A DNA stretch of 64,000 nt from Blastocatellia bacterium (GTDB taxonomy: Bacteria > Acidobacteriota > Blastocatellia > UBA7656), in contig DATDOV010000100.1 in the NCBI GenBank assembly GCA_035293105.1, positions 90,857 through 154,856 on the forward strand. The letters are read 5' to 3'. Shown in pieces: positions 17,731 through 26,788 of this stretch (position 1 is the first letter of the stretch; every line of letters begins with the position of its first letter). The position numbers and the translations under genes are program-made. The notes below the pieces were generated by a model. That model did no database searches. It saw only the letters and a list, made by a program, of their open reading frames with translations, and was not told the origin of the DNA.

Positions 17731-18768
17731 TCAAGGCTTCTGCGGCTGTCCTCTGAACCGCACCAGGTGGTTTCTGGCAAGGCCGCTGCCCGAAGTTATT
17801 TCCGCGACTGAGTACTTCTCTTCAACAGTGGTTACCCTGAGCGTGCCGACCTTTCGATCCGGCGTGCCGAGCGTCTTTCCGGTCTCAGGATCCACGAGGG
17901 GCGGCTGCTGATGATAGACGTCAAACTCCATTCCAGGGCGAATGCCTTGTTCCGATCCGGCGTTGATGTAGACAAGCCCCTCGCGCACGTCGATGACGCG
18001 TCCCGACCACGGGACCGCCTTCATTCCCGAGACGATCGCCGCCACGGCGTTTTCGATTGCCTCGCGCGAGGCGTGGCCGAGCGGCGTGTTCTTGAAGCCC
18101 GACACGCTGAACTCCTGATCGCGGCGTGTAAGCTCCGCGCTGGCGCCCGTCATCGACGCCTTCCCCTCCGCGCGTTGTGAGAAGATCACTTCGCTGGTTA
18201 CCGCGTCGACGAGCCGGATGTCGAGGGCCACCATCGCCGTCACCCGGTCCGATTTCGCCTTCAGTATCTTTATCGGTTTGAAAGTGCCGCCGATCGATGT
18301 CTGGTTGTAGGCGAACTCCGTTATGTCACCGGTGATGAGGGTCTGCGCCCCGATGACGCGGCCACTGGCGGCTGCCGTTTCCTTGTTGACCCGCCCCGAA
18401 GCGCCGAAGTCCTGCTCGCCGGTTACGTCCTTGATGGATGCGCGCTCGACGACGATGAACCGGCCCGTCTTCACCAACTCGGTCGTGAGCATCTCGGTGA
18501 GCCCAAGCGCAAATTCAGCCGGGGGGGGAAGCGCGATGGTCGTGCTGCGAGAATCACGGTCCTCTTTGACATACTCCCTGAAGGCGGTGCCCGAGATGCT
18601 CATTACCGCGATGCGCAGCTTCGGGCCGGTCCAGGGCGGCTGTACTTCCTTCTGCCCGAATGTCGCCGGCGGAAGAAACGCCAGTAGACAAAGGGTCGCC
18701 GTGGCACAGGCCATAAGCTGAAAGTTGCCGGTACGGTCGATTCCTGACCTGTCGAGCATTCGATTCAC
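17731..18768 (-). CDS. CsgG-like (curli-secretion-channel family) lipoprotein with extra C-terminal domain
   Basis: LTEMLTTELVKTGRFIVVERASIKDV...ASGRVIGAQTLITGDITEF...VALDIRLVDAVTSEVIFS matches the CsgG-family core pattern. Signal peptide present. Confidence 0.55.
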   Translation of the reverse strand: MNRMLDRSGIDRTGNFQLMACATATLCLLAFLPPATFGQKEVQPPWTGPKLRIAVMSISGTAFREYVKEDRDSRSTTIALPPPAEFALGLTEMLTTELVKTGRFIVVERASIKDVTGEQDFGASGRVNKETAAASGRVIGAQTLITGDITEFAYNQTSIGGTFKPIKILKAKSDRVTAMVALDIRLVDAVTSEVIFSQRAEGKASMTGASAELTRRDQEFSVSGFKNTPLGHASREAIENAVAAIVSGMKAVPWSGRVIDVREGLVYINAGSEQGIRPGMEFDVYHQQPPLVDPETGKTLGTPDRKVGTLRVTTVEEKYSVAEITSGSGLARNHLVRFRGQPQKP

Positions 18769-18796
18769 TCTTTCCTCCTAAGCGGCTCTCGGACGC

Positions 18797-19285
18797 TCAC
18801 TTCTTCTTCCTGGCTCGAAGCCGGTCGAGCCTGGCTCTAAGCTGCTTTATTATCGGAGGCTGCTGGTCAATTCGCTTCTGCTGGTCGAGAAGCTTTTGTC
18901 TCATTCTCGCCATCGCCTCGTCCTCTCTTTCACCCACCGCGATGTTGGGAAGCCTCGACAGGAGTTCGGCGACTCTCTTCTTCAAAGCGCCGATTGCGCT
19001 TTCCAGATTGGCGACACACTTCTCAGCTTCGTCAACCTTCTGCTTGTATTTCTCCCACTCTTCATCCGGCGCATCCTCAGCAGGCACCGCGATCAATTGA
19101 ATGCTCGCGTCGCAGAGTTCCACACCGTAACGAAAGCCGAGTATTTGCTGCTCGAGCCTTTCAATCTCCTTGGCAATATCGCCCTGAGCGGCGAAAGAGC
19201 GAGGCGGGAGCACTAGTACACACGTCAGCGCAAGTCCGACAATCAGGGTCTCAAGCGTTCTCGTTCTCATCATTCTCTCCTTCAT
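18797..19285 (-). CDS. small secreted coiled-coil protein, paralog of 16356..16958
   Basis: Signal peptide. DEEWEKYKQKVDEAEKC... aligns with EEWDDWAKAYRLVAETFVGC of the other gene. Confidence 0.45.
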   Translation of the reverse strand: MKERMMRTRTLETLIVGLALTCVLVLPPRSFAAQGDIAKEIERLEQQILGFRYGVELCDASIQLIAVPAEDAPDEEWEKYKQKVDEAEKCVANLESAIGALKKRVAELLSRLPNIAVGEREDEAMARMRQKLLDQQKRIDQQPPIIKQLRARLDRLRARKKK

Positions 19286-19323
19286 TGAAATCTGCGAATA
19301 GCAGGTTGTTCAATGCTTCGATC

Positions 19324-19731
19324 TCATTCTTCCTCCTGGATGATGATCTTGGGCGTTACCAAGAGGACCAGGCATTTGCTTCTGGTTTCAGAGTTTCCCT
19401 TGTTGAAAAAGATCCTCTGGATATAAGGAATCTTGTCGCAGACTATCTCGACATCGTGCTTGCCTCCCAGAGGCTTTCCGGTGCCGGGATGCCGGACATT
19501 GATGGCTCGGAACAGAAACACCTTGTTGTGCTCGGTTATGGTATAGCCGTTCACGCGCGCGTCGTTTGTCAGGTCGACGGTCTTTCCCTTCTCCTCTCTC
19601 TGCGCAGCCGGTCCGGCGACGTGGGCAGCGGCCGTCCAGGTAGCCACAGAGAAGACCATCAAAGACGCGATTGCGATTAAACAACTCGATGCTCGAAAAA
19701 CGGCGTTTGCCGTCTTGCTACTATTTTTCAT
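19324..19731 (-). CDS. small exported protein with secretin-like C-terminal motif
   Basis: Signal anchor. C-terminal DKIPYIQRIFFNKGNSETRSKCLVLLVTPKII resembles the secretin C-domain signature (PvLgdiPvlGwLFrs....tELlifiTPrIv). Confidence 0.45.
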   Translation of the reverse strand: MKNSSKTANAVFRASSCLIAIASLMVFSVATWTAAAHVAGPAAQREEKGKTVDLTNDARVNGYTITEHNKVFLFRAINVRHPGTGKPLGGKHDVEIVCDKIPYIQRIFFNKGNSETRSKCLVLLVTPKIIIQEEE

Positions 19732-19996
19732 CTCATTCTCCTTACTCAGAGCCAAACGCCCAAAAGCCGTCTTTCCGCATCAGGATGGTTCGCCCGCTGA
19801 AAGCTACAAGAACAGCAGCGAGCGCAGTCGGCTGGGCTTCGCAAGCGTTTCACTGCGTTTCATCGAGTTGGGGACTCAACTGGCGCTCAACGTCAGCTTC
19901 GCCTTGAATGCCCCATCCTTCGTCGCATCAAGCGTGACCACAACTTTGCCTTTGCCCACGCCGCGAGTCTCACCACCGACCACAGGCAATGATGCC

Positions 19997-20398
19997 TTAA
20001 CAGTCCCCCCGCTTCTGTTCCAGTTTCAGGTTTACCTTGTACGTGCCCTCGTGTCTGGTAGACAGCGTGACCTCTACCTTGTCACCCTTTTTCAGGGCCG
20101 GACTAAAAGTTATGGTTGGCCTGGTGCTGTCATTCGTACCAGCCTTAACTGTGTAGGCGGTGGTCAATTGACCATTGATCTTAACTTCCAAGACCGTCAT
20201 CCCACCCGTGTCCACGCCACTTGGCTTCGATATTTTTCCGCAGTTAGTGCCGTCTGCGGCGGCCGTGGCCGAAGCCGTGGCCGTGCCCGAAGCAAAAGCT
20301 TCCTTCACCCCGAGGGCCAGAACGACGACGCCGACCATCAACAACGCGCCCATGGATCTTCGAGTGCTCACCGAACTACTCTTGATTGTTCGTTTCAT
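19997..20398 (-). CDS. small secreted protein (hypothetical)
   Basis: Start MKRTIKSS at 20398, with RBS AAGGAGA 7 nt upstream. Signal peptide present. Confidence 0.5.
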   Translation of the reverse strand: MKRTIKSSSVSTRRSMGALLMVGVVVLALGVKEAFASGTATASATAAADGTNCGKISKPSGVDTGGMTVLEVKINGQLTTAYTVKAGTNDSTRPTITFSPALKKGDKVEVTLSTRHEGTYKVNLKLEQKRGDC

Positions 20399-20552
20399 AC
20401 TGATTCTCCTTATCGACAGTTTTGCCGGAAAGACGCGCGACGGCCCTTTCTGCTTTACAGCCATCGCTTCGCCTTCGGTAGTCCAAAGTTTGGCCGAACT
20501 AACTTCAACCCCAAGCCGGCCTCGTCAAAAGCCGGCCAGTATAGCTGCACGC

Positions 20553-20640
20553 ATTTACCTTCAACAGACATTTTTGATGTTTGATGCCTGGCTGAACAGA
20601 TCATTTCTCGCCCTCAGGGAATCGGGATGACGGTGCTCAA
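20553..20640 (-). promoter_or_regulatory. conserved ~88-nt upstream element, copy A
   Basis: ~70% identical to 22733-22820. On the minus strand it ends in AAAATGTCTGTTGAAGGTAAA. It lies 155-240 nt upstream of the 19997..20398 start. Confidence 0.5.
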
Positions 20641-20662
20641 CGCGTCAAGCCACAATGAACAA

Positions 20663-22126
20663 TCACCTTCGCGGTGGATGAACCACTTCATACGAGATCG
20701 AAAAGGCGCCGGCGCTCAGGCCCCTGAGGTTCACTGGGATGCTCCCATTAGGGTCTCTTACGGTCAGCACTGCCTCGTCACCGGCGGTTCTCGCGCCGGC
20801 GACGTTCATGGTGACCACTCCGGGCGTGTTGTTCTTAAAGCGAATCTCTGAACCACGTCGCAACGATTGGTACTGTGCGGTAGCGGTTAGTTGTTCGCCG
20901 CGGCGAATCGTCGTCCGGGGCGCGCTCACCTCGAAGCTGAAGACGTTTGTCTCAAAGCTCTTGCTCTCACCATAGGGGTTGCGAACCCACGCTTCCTGCG
21001 GGCCGAGTTTGGGCGTATCCACGTAAGCGGTCACCTGGTTCACAGAGGAAGCCAGCGTCTCCTGAATCTGATTACCGACGACCACGTCGCATTGCCTGCC
21101 AAGACTGCTGCCAGGAATCGTGACCACGTCGCCTCGGCGGAGATCGGTAGGAATGTCATTGATGATTGGCCGGCTGACAACATCCGGCGCCGGTCCAGGC
21201 AGCACGCGGGTCTGAGTGCGCGCTATCTCTTTGCCGGTGGAATCGAACACTCGCACAATTGCCGTGGTAGCCGTCGTCAGCCTGGCCACGGAGTCGGGAA
21301 GCGAAAGTAATGCGCCGCCACGCTGATCAGTTTTAGCCTCGGCGGTTTGTCCGGCTACTTCCGTAGTTACGACGCAGCCCTCAAGCGTGCGCGGGCCGCG
21401 AACCGTCGTGGTTGCGACTTCGTCAGCGTAAACCTCTCCCGACACGAAGATCGCCGGCTGGCCGATCAAAGCAGTTTTCGAGTTTTCTGCCGGCGGCAGC
21501 AAGACCAGAGTGTAGTCACCTTTGTCGATCTTCTTCTTGTTTGCCTCGTTGAGTTGGTCGTACCACTCCTGGCGCCGCTTCTTGAGCTCGTCGATCTCGC
21601 CTTTGGATAGTCCGGTCGTTTCGGCGTTCTTGATCTCGAGGTCGTAGGCTTCGATTTCGTTGATAGCGGCCCCTTTGTCGTCGGTGTACCATTTGCCGTC
21701 GGCGGCTTGCGCGCCGTGGCCGCCGATCTCGTGGATCTTCGTGGACGCAAGCCAGCCGATTGAAGGGGTTTTGCCATCAGTCGGATCAAAGAAGGCCGGT
21801 TCACCTATGGTCGTCTTGACCTTCTTCTTGTCGTCGCCCGCGCGTACCGTCTCGCCTTCTCCTTCTACGTCCGGATCGTAAGATGGCTCTTCGCTGAGAT
21901 TGCCCGATGGGATCTTGTAATGCTTGTCCGTCAACTGGATGAGCTTGTTCTTGGCGTCCTTTATCTTGGCGGCGTCACCGTCCTTGAGGGCTTTCTGAAC
22001 TTCGTCCATCGCCTGCTGGAGTTCTTTCATTTGCTCCGCGCTCGGTTTGACTTGCGCGGACGCACCAAACGCCACTGCCAGCGACAGCCCTACGACAGCG
22101 AATAACTTCAAGGCAACTCTTAACAT
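20663..22126 (-). CDS. secreted protein, 487 aa (hypothetical, beta-rich C-terminal half)
   Basis: Signal peptide MLRVALKLFAVVGLSLAVAFGASAQ. No recognisable catalytic motif. Confidence 0.5.
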   Translation of the reverse strand: MLRVALKLFAVVGLSLAVAFGASAQVKPSAEQMKELQQAMDEVQKALKDGDAAKIKDAKNKLIQLTDKHYKIPSGNLSEEPSYDPDVEGEGETVRAGDDKKKVKTTIGEPAFFDPTDGKTPSIGWLASTKIHEIGGHGAQAADGKWYTDDKGAAINEIEAYDLEIKNAETTGLSKGEIDELKKRRQEWYDQLNEANKKKIDKGDYTLVLLPPAENSKTALIGQPAIFVSGEVYADEVATTTVRGPRTLEGCVVTTEVAGQTAEAKTDQRGGALLSLPDSVARLTTATTAIVRVFDSTGKEIARTQTRVLPGPAPDVVSRPIINDIPTDLRRGDVVTIPGSSLGRQCDVVVGNQIQETLASSVNQVTAYVDTPKLGPQEAWVRNPYGESKSFETNVFSFEVSAPRTTIRRGEQLTATAQYQSLRRGSEIRFKNNTPGVVTMNVAGARTAGDEAVLTVRDPNGSIPVNLRGLSAGAFSISYEVVHPPRR

Positions 22127-22145
22127 TGCTGGGCCTCCTTTGTTC

Positions 22146-22640
22146 TCACTTGATGGAGAACTTCACAGGGGTTGACTTCAATCGCCCCTTCCACGCCGGC
22201 GGCAGTTTCAGCGCGGGCGGCGCGTCCTGTTTGTTCTCGTAGAACGCCGTGACCGTGTACTCGCCCGGCGTTTCGAACGTGTGTGAGCGCGCGAGATTGT
22301 AAAGCCTGCCAAAAATCTGCTTGGTCTCGAGGGTCATGAACTCGCGGCTTTCGAAGCTCTCTCGGATGCGCGCTTCGAAAGGGACCAGCTTGCCGTCAGG
22401 CCCGGTTATCTGGAAGAAGATCTCATGCGGGCCGATCGGACGATTCACCAATAGTCGTCGGTTGATGACAACGTCGGTCGGGCTGAGGTTCTCAATCAAG
22501 ACCCGAGCGATGATCGGCTCGCCTGCGCTGTACTGAGTCTCTTCGAGTTGAAGCGTCAGGCGGAGTTCGGGCGCTCTTGCTTGAAAAGAACTTCCGGCCA
22601 CGCTTGCCGCAAGAAACGCTATGGAGATCAAAGCTTTCAT
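22146..22640 (-). CDS. secreted protein, 164 aa (hypothetical)
   Basis: Signal peptide MKALISIAFLAASVAGSSFQA. Confidence 0.5.
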   Translation of the reverse strand: MKALISIAFLAASVAGSSFQARAPELRLTLQLEETQYSAGEPIIARVLIENLSPTDVVINRRLLVNRPIGPHEIFFQITGPDGKLVPFEARIRESFESREFMTLETKQIFGRLYNLARSHTFETPGEYTVTAFYENKQDAPPALKLPPAWKGRLKSTPVKFSIK

Positions 22641-22732
22641 TTGGACCTACTTTCCACCTCATCCGACGAGGTTTGATGCGACGCCGCGGAGTAGCGGACC
22701 GTCATCGCCACGACCAGCCGGAAAACTCCGCT

Positions 22733-22820
22733 GTTTATCTTCAACAGACATTTTCTCTGTTTGGGCCTCGGCGCAAACGGATTCTTTCTCACCTCAGGGA
22801 ACGACAATGACCGTGCTCAC
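22733..22820 (-). promoter_or_regulatory. conserved ~88-nt upstream element, copy B
   Basis: Aligns with copy A, including AAAATGTCTGTTGAAGATAAA and TGAGCACGGTCAT...TTCCCTGAGG. It lies 95-180 nt upstream of the 22146..22640 start. Confidence 0.5.
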
Positions 22821-23150
22821 GTAAGGCCCACCCGCCGTTTGCGTGAGCTTGGCGTTTCCCCTGTAGATCGTCTTCGAGCTTCCGGAGCCCACCTCAGCCC
22901 TGGCGATCGCCCTGCACCTGGTTGTATCAATCGCGCCGCAAGCGGCACGGATGACGAGGGTCACGTATCCGCGGCCGTCTGTTCGTCCGCTGACCGACCC
23001 CGTTTTGCAATCGCAGCCGTCCCCGTCCACGCTCACCTGAACCGTCGTGCCTTCGGGCAGCGCTGAATTGCCCGCCTTAATCCTAACCGTCGCATCTCCA
23101 CCTTCGATAAACAGACCCACGACGATCAGGCATATGAGCGCCAGCTTCAT
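22794..23150 (-). CDS. small secreted Cys-containing protein (hypothetical)
   Basis: Signal peptide MKLALICLIVVGLFIEGGDA. RBS GAGAGGG. Confidence 0.45.
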   Translation of the reverse strand: MKLALICLIVVGLFIEGGDATVRIKAGNSALPEGTTVQVSVDGDGCDCKTGSVSGRTDGRGYVTLVIRAACGAIDTTRCRAIARAEVGSGSSKTIYRGNAKLTQTAGGPYVSTVIVVP

Positions 23151-23204
23151 ATCGCCCTCTCGTCACGTACAACAGACAAATCTGACGACCAGGCCGGGAA
23201 TCGC

Positions 23205-26051
23205 TCACCGGTGATTGCCGGCCAGTACGAACGGCGCCCAGTAACGAGGGTGGGAGAGCTCTCTGCGGTTGCCCGCTTCGACGAACGGAAGCTCGCCTCT
23301 GATCATCGCCCTCTGGGTCTCGGCGAGGGCCTCGCTCGTTTCTTTCGTTTGCAGGTTCTTGTAGAAAGCCTTCATGAACTCGGTCGTTGGCCGGTCGCTG
23401 ACGGGCAGAAGGCTGGCCATCACGCTTCTGGCTCCCGCGTGCAGGAACGCTTCGATCAGTCCGATGCGGTCTGCTTCGGCCAGCTCGTCTCCGGTGGATG
23501 AATAGCTCTGACCGGTTTGGCAGGCCCCGAGCGTCACAAGCTCCGCTTCGAGCCCCAGATCGAGTATTTCGCGGGCCGTCAGGTTGCCATCGTCTTCGAC
23601 TGTGCTCTGGAGCTTCAGCCGGCTCAGCAAGGGCATCTCGGGCTCGGAAACGGCGTGCGTGGCAAGATGAACGTACTTGAAGTGCGGAGCAAGCTGTTTC
23701 AACTCGCTCTCGCTTGCTTCCTGATCGCTGCGCGTGTCGCCCCCGAACATCCCGGCCACGGCGCGAGCTTCTTCAACGGCGAACTCAAGCGGCAGTAGCT
23801 CCGGTTCGTCCGATTCGTTCCTCCCGAAGCTGAGCATTCCGAGCTGCGGTCGAGTTGTTTGTCGCTGAGGTTGACGTGAAACGTTCGCCAGGTAGGTCGC
23901 GGACGGCGTGCGGAATATCGAATAGTCTTCGACCAGAAACCTGATTCCATCTCCTTCTGCCCGAGCCAGCGCAGCAAAGGGAAGATCGTGAAGCGAGCCA
24001 AATGGAACGACTCCCAGCCGGCGAATGCCCGCGAGCGAGCCTGTTCGCTCGATCGGCTCAATCAACGAGCGATGCAGATCTTCGGCAACGGGCTTCCAGT
24101 CAAATCCCCCTCGATCATCCTGCGAACCATCGAATATCAGCGAGCGGAATAGCTTCACCTTGGACGACAGGTTGGTCCTGGTGACCGGTAAAGCTACGCT
24201 TGCACAAGTCGATCGAGTGATGACAAGCGCGAAGACCTTCTCGCCCGCGAACACGTATTCGACCAGCGCGGTGTCGGGGCTCAAAGCGCTCTGCGCAGCT
24301 TCAAGCTCGACCGGCTGCGCTTCGCGAACAAGCCTGTATCGTGGCTCGTTCAACACCGATCTCAAAGTCTGGTCTTCATAGTCGCTGTAGGCCCGCCGAA
24401 GCCGCGCTCTCATCTCAGCGCTGCCTTCGCCCTTGAAGCTGTTGAAAGCCTTTTCGATCCGCGACAGCGCCTCTTTTTCCTCGCCAGCAGGCCGCGCGTT
24501 GGATTTCTTCTCGCTCAGTTGCAGCACGAGATTTCTGAATGAGCTGTATCTCAACTGTTCAAGGAAGCGAAAGGCCAACTCCAGCTCCGGGCCGTTTCCT
24601 CCCCGGCCAAGCAAGAGTTCGAAGGTGCGGTCATACAACATTCTGCTCTGGCCCGAGACGAGTATCGTCCCGCTCGATCGAAACCGCTCCGATTGCATCT
24701 CTGCTGCTTCGGCCAGATAACTCAGAGCCTCGGTGCGCCGGCCCTGAAGCTCCATGAACTCGGCCATCAACAAACTGTGGCCAAGCGAGCGATCAGCGGC
24801 CTCCTCTTTCGCTCTGATGGTTTCGGCTTGGTCGAACAGCTCGCCCGCCTTCGGCATGTTGCCAAGCTGCATATACGCTTCCCCCAGGAACATCGTCGTC
24901 GTTCCGGTCGATCTGATGTCGGGATCGCCTATCAACCGCTCCAGCTCGAGCACCTTCTCAAAGTACTGGCGGGCAGTTTCAGCGTCCCCTTTGAGCAAGT
25001 GGCAATACGCCAGGCCGCCCAGGTACCGCTTGGCGTGAAATGGATTCTCGCGCTCTCGCTCGAGCACGCGATTGAGCAATCCGATAACCCGGTCGTACTC
25101 ACCCAGGCGCGTGTAGATGCTCGCCAGCACGTCTTCTTCTTTGGGGCCCAGGCCGTATCCGATTTGCCGGCTGATCTCGACGCTCTTCAAGTAGTATTCA
25201 CGCGCTTTTCTGTAATTGCCCATCCCCTCATACGAGCTGCCGAGGAAAAAGTAGGAATCGCAAAGCCCCGCCTTGTCGCCGACACGGAGCTTAAGCTCGA
25301 CGCTTTCATTCTGATATTTGAAGAACTGAAACAAGTCGCCTTTCAGCGAATGAACCAGCGCGATGTTGCAAAGCGTGATTGCGGCGCTGCGCCACTCGCC
25401 CAGCCGTCTGTATATCTCAAGCGCGGGATCGTAGTAGTCGGCAAGCGGGCGGTCGAGTTCACCCTTGAACCACCAGTAGACGACTCCGATATTGCGAAGC
25501 GCGTCAGCCTCGATGATCTCGTCGCCGGTTTCGCGTCCGATTACGAGCGCCTCCCCGAGGTGCTCGAGCGCCTTGTCCGACTTGCCTTTGAGGTGATAGA
25601 GCACGCGGCTCAGATCGATCAGCGCGTGGCCTTCAATCCGCTGGTCTCCGATCTCTCTCGCGAGTTCCAGGCTCTGGATGTGACGTTGAACGGCCGCATC
25701 GGCTTCGTTGGAATTAAAATGGTTGACTCCCGCGGCGTTGAGCACGCGAGCGCGCAGCCGCGCGTCGAGCGGCTCGTCGATCAGGCGGTGAATCTCCTGT
25801 TGAGACGCGGTGAATTCGCCGCGAAGCTGGTGGCACAGGGCTATCTCAAACCGCACGTCCGCGGCGCGCGGGTCGAGCATTAGCGCCCATCGCAGTCTCT
25901 CAAGGGCATCGTCGAGCCGCCACTCACGTTTGGCTTCGATGGCCTGAGCGAAGAGGTAGCTCGCGACGGGCTTGCGCATGAGGACCCCGGCTGCCGACAG
26001 GGTCACCGTTGCCGCGATGATTATGAGCCACCTGCGGATTCTTGAACTCAC
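23205..26051 (-). CDS. CHAT-domain (caspase-like) protein with N-terminal TPR array
   Basis: C-terminal HLATHAVSE...LVTLGACQTGQS supplies the His/Cys dyad of the CHAT peptidase fold. Many TPR-like repeats in the N-terminal ~600 aa. GTG start. Confidence 0.75.
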   Translation of the reverse strand: MSSRIRRWLIIIAATVTLSAAGVLMRKPVASYLFAQAIEAKREWRLDDALERLRWALMLDPRAADVRFEIALCHQLRGEFTASQQEIHRLIDEPLDARLRARVLNAAGVNHFNSNEADAAVQRHIQSLELAREIGDQRIEGHALIDLSRVLYHLKGKSDKALEHLGEALVIGRETGDEIIEADALRNIGVVYWWFKGELDRPLADYYDPALEIYRRLGEWRSAAITLCNIALVHSLKGDLFQFFKYQNESVELKLRVGDKAGLCDSYFFLGSSYEGMGNYRKAREYYLKSVEISRQIGYGLGPKEEDVLASIYTRLGEYDRVIGLLNRVLERERENPFHAKRYLGGLAYCHLLKGDAETARQYFEKVLELERLIGDPDIRSTGTTTMFLGEAYMQLGNMPKAGELFDQAETIRAKEEAADRSLGHSLLMAEFMELQGRRTEALSYLAEAAEMQSERFRSSGTILVSGQSRMLYDRTFELLLGRGGNGPELELAFRFLEQLRYSSFRNLVLQLSEKKSNARPAGEEKEALSRIEKAFNSFKGEGSAEMRARLRRAYSDYEDQTLRSVLNEPRYRLVREAQPVELEAAQSALSPDTALVEYVFAGEKVFALVITRSTCASVALPVTRTNLSSKVKLFRSLIFDGSQDDRGGFDWKPVAEDLHRSLIEPIERTGSLAGIRRLGVVPFGSLHDLPFAALARAEGDGIRFLVEDYSIFRTPSATYLANVSRQPQRQTTRPQLGMLSFGRNESDEPELLPLEFAVEEARAVAGMFGGDTRSDQEASESELKQLAPHFKYVHLATHAVSEPEMPLLSRLKLQSTVEDDGNLTAREILDLGLEAELVTLGACQTGQSYSSTGDELAEADRIGLIEAFLHAGARSVMASLLPVSDRPTTEFMKAFYKNLQTKETSEALAETQRAMIRGELPFVEAGNRRELSHPRYWAPFVLAGNHR

Positions 26052-26100
26052 ACTTTGAGTCAGGCGTTCAGAGTACCGGCTTCAGCCGGGCAGTTTCGTC

Positions 26101-26757
26101 TCACCGCTCGAATGAGAACTTGGATATCAGCGAAACGACCGCAACACCGTCGGGCGATTTGGCGGTCACGTACCAGAAGTAGCTCTTCCCGCTCTCGAAC
26201 CGCCCCGCCGCATTCATAACCGCGCGTTCCTCGATCGCAGTAACACTGACGAGGACATCGCCCTTTTCGTTCAACAGAGTAAGCGAATAACTCTCCGCGC
26301 CCTGGACCTTCGCCCAACGGAACTCAATAAGATCGGACGACAGTCTGGCCCCGGTGACAGGAGCCAGCAATTTGGGCGCGGTCGAGATTTGCTCTTCCTG
26401 GCGCAGGCGATCATTCGGAAGGCGTTCGGATGGGCCGATGAGAAGAACCGCCGACAGCCCTATCGCGAGTAGCACCGCCGCGGCGGCTCCCGCATACCGC
26501 ATCCGCGCGCCGAATACGAAAGACGGTCTCTTGATTCTCCCGCCCGGCGACATGGATCTAACGCGCGCCTTGAGCCAACGCGGAAGCGGCGCCGCCGCCT
26601 GCTCGGGTCTCGACGCGACGTAACCAATAGCGAGTCCACGGCAGCACGCGCGACAGCGGCCGAGATGAGTCTCGAACCTATCGCGCGCATCGTCGGCCAC
26701 CGATCCCGCAAGGTAGCTATTCATGTCTTCGTTGGTCAAGCAGTCCATCGCTGACAT
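26101..26757 (-). CDS. anti-sigma factor (zf-HC2 type) with TM helix and periplasmic domain
   Basis: N-terminal HLGRCRACCRG zinc-finger anti-sigma motif, a TM segment AAAAVLLAIGLSAVLLIG, and a beta-rich C-terminus. Confidence 0.65.
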   Translation of the reverse strand: MSAMDCLTNEDMNSYLAGSVADDARDRFETHLGRCRACCRGLAIGYVASRPEQAAAPLPRWLKARVRSMSPGGRIKRPSFVFGARMRYAGAAAAVLLAIGLSAVLLIGPSERLPNDRLRQEEQISTAPKLLAPVTGARLSSDLIEFRWAKVQGAESYSLTLLNEKGDVLVSVTAIEERAVMNAAGRFESGKSYFWYVTAKSPDGVAVVSLISKFSFER

Positions 26758-26788
26758 CCCTAAACAATTACAACAGACAAAACAGAGA

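Noticed and set aside
22805-22826. Sigma-54-like -24/-12 promoter inside the conserved element (TGAGCACGGTCATTGTCG)
   Set aside because: The spacing is off by one base, the -24 GG is AG, and no bacterial-enhancer-binding-protein gene is nearby. The resemblance is weak.
24693-25883. 396-aa plus-strand ORF
   Set aside because: It lies entirely antisense within the CHAT-TPR gene. It has no domain signatures, and its Arg/Ala-rich composition is typical of spurious antisense ORFs in 60% GC DNA.
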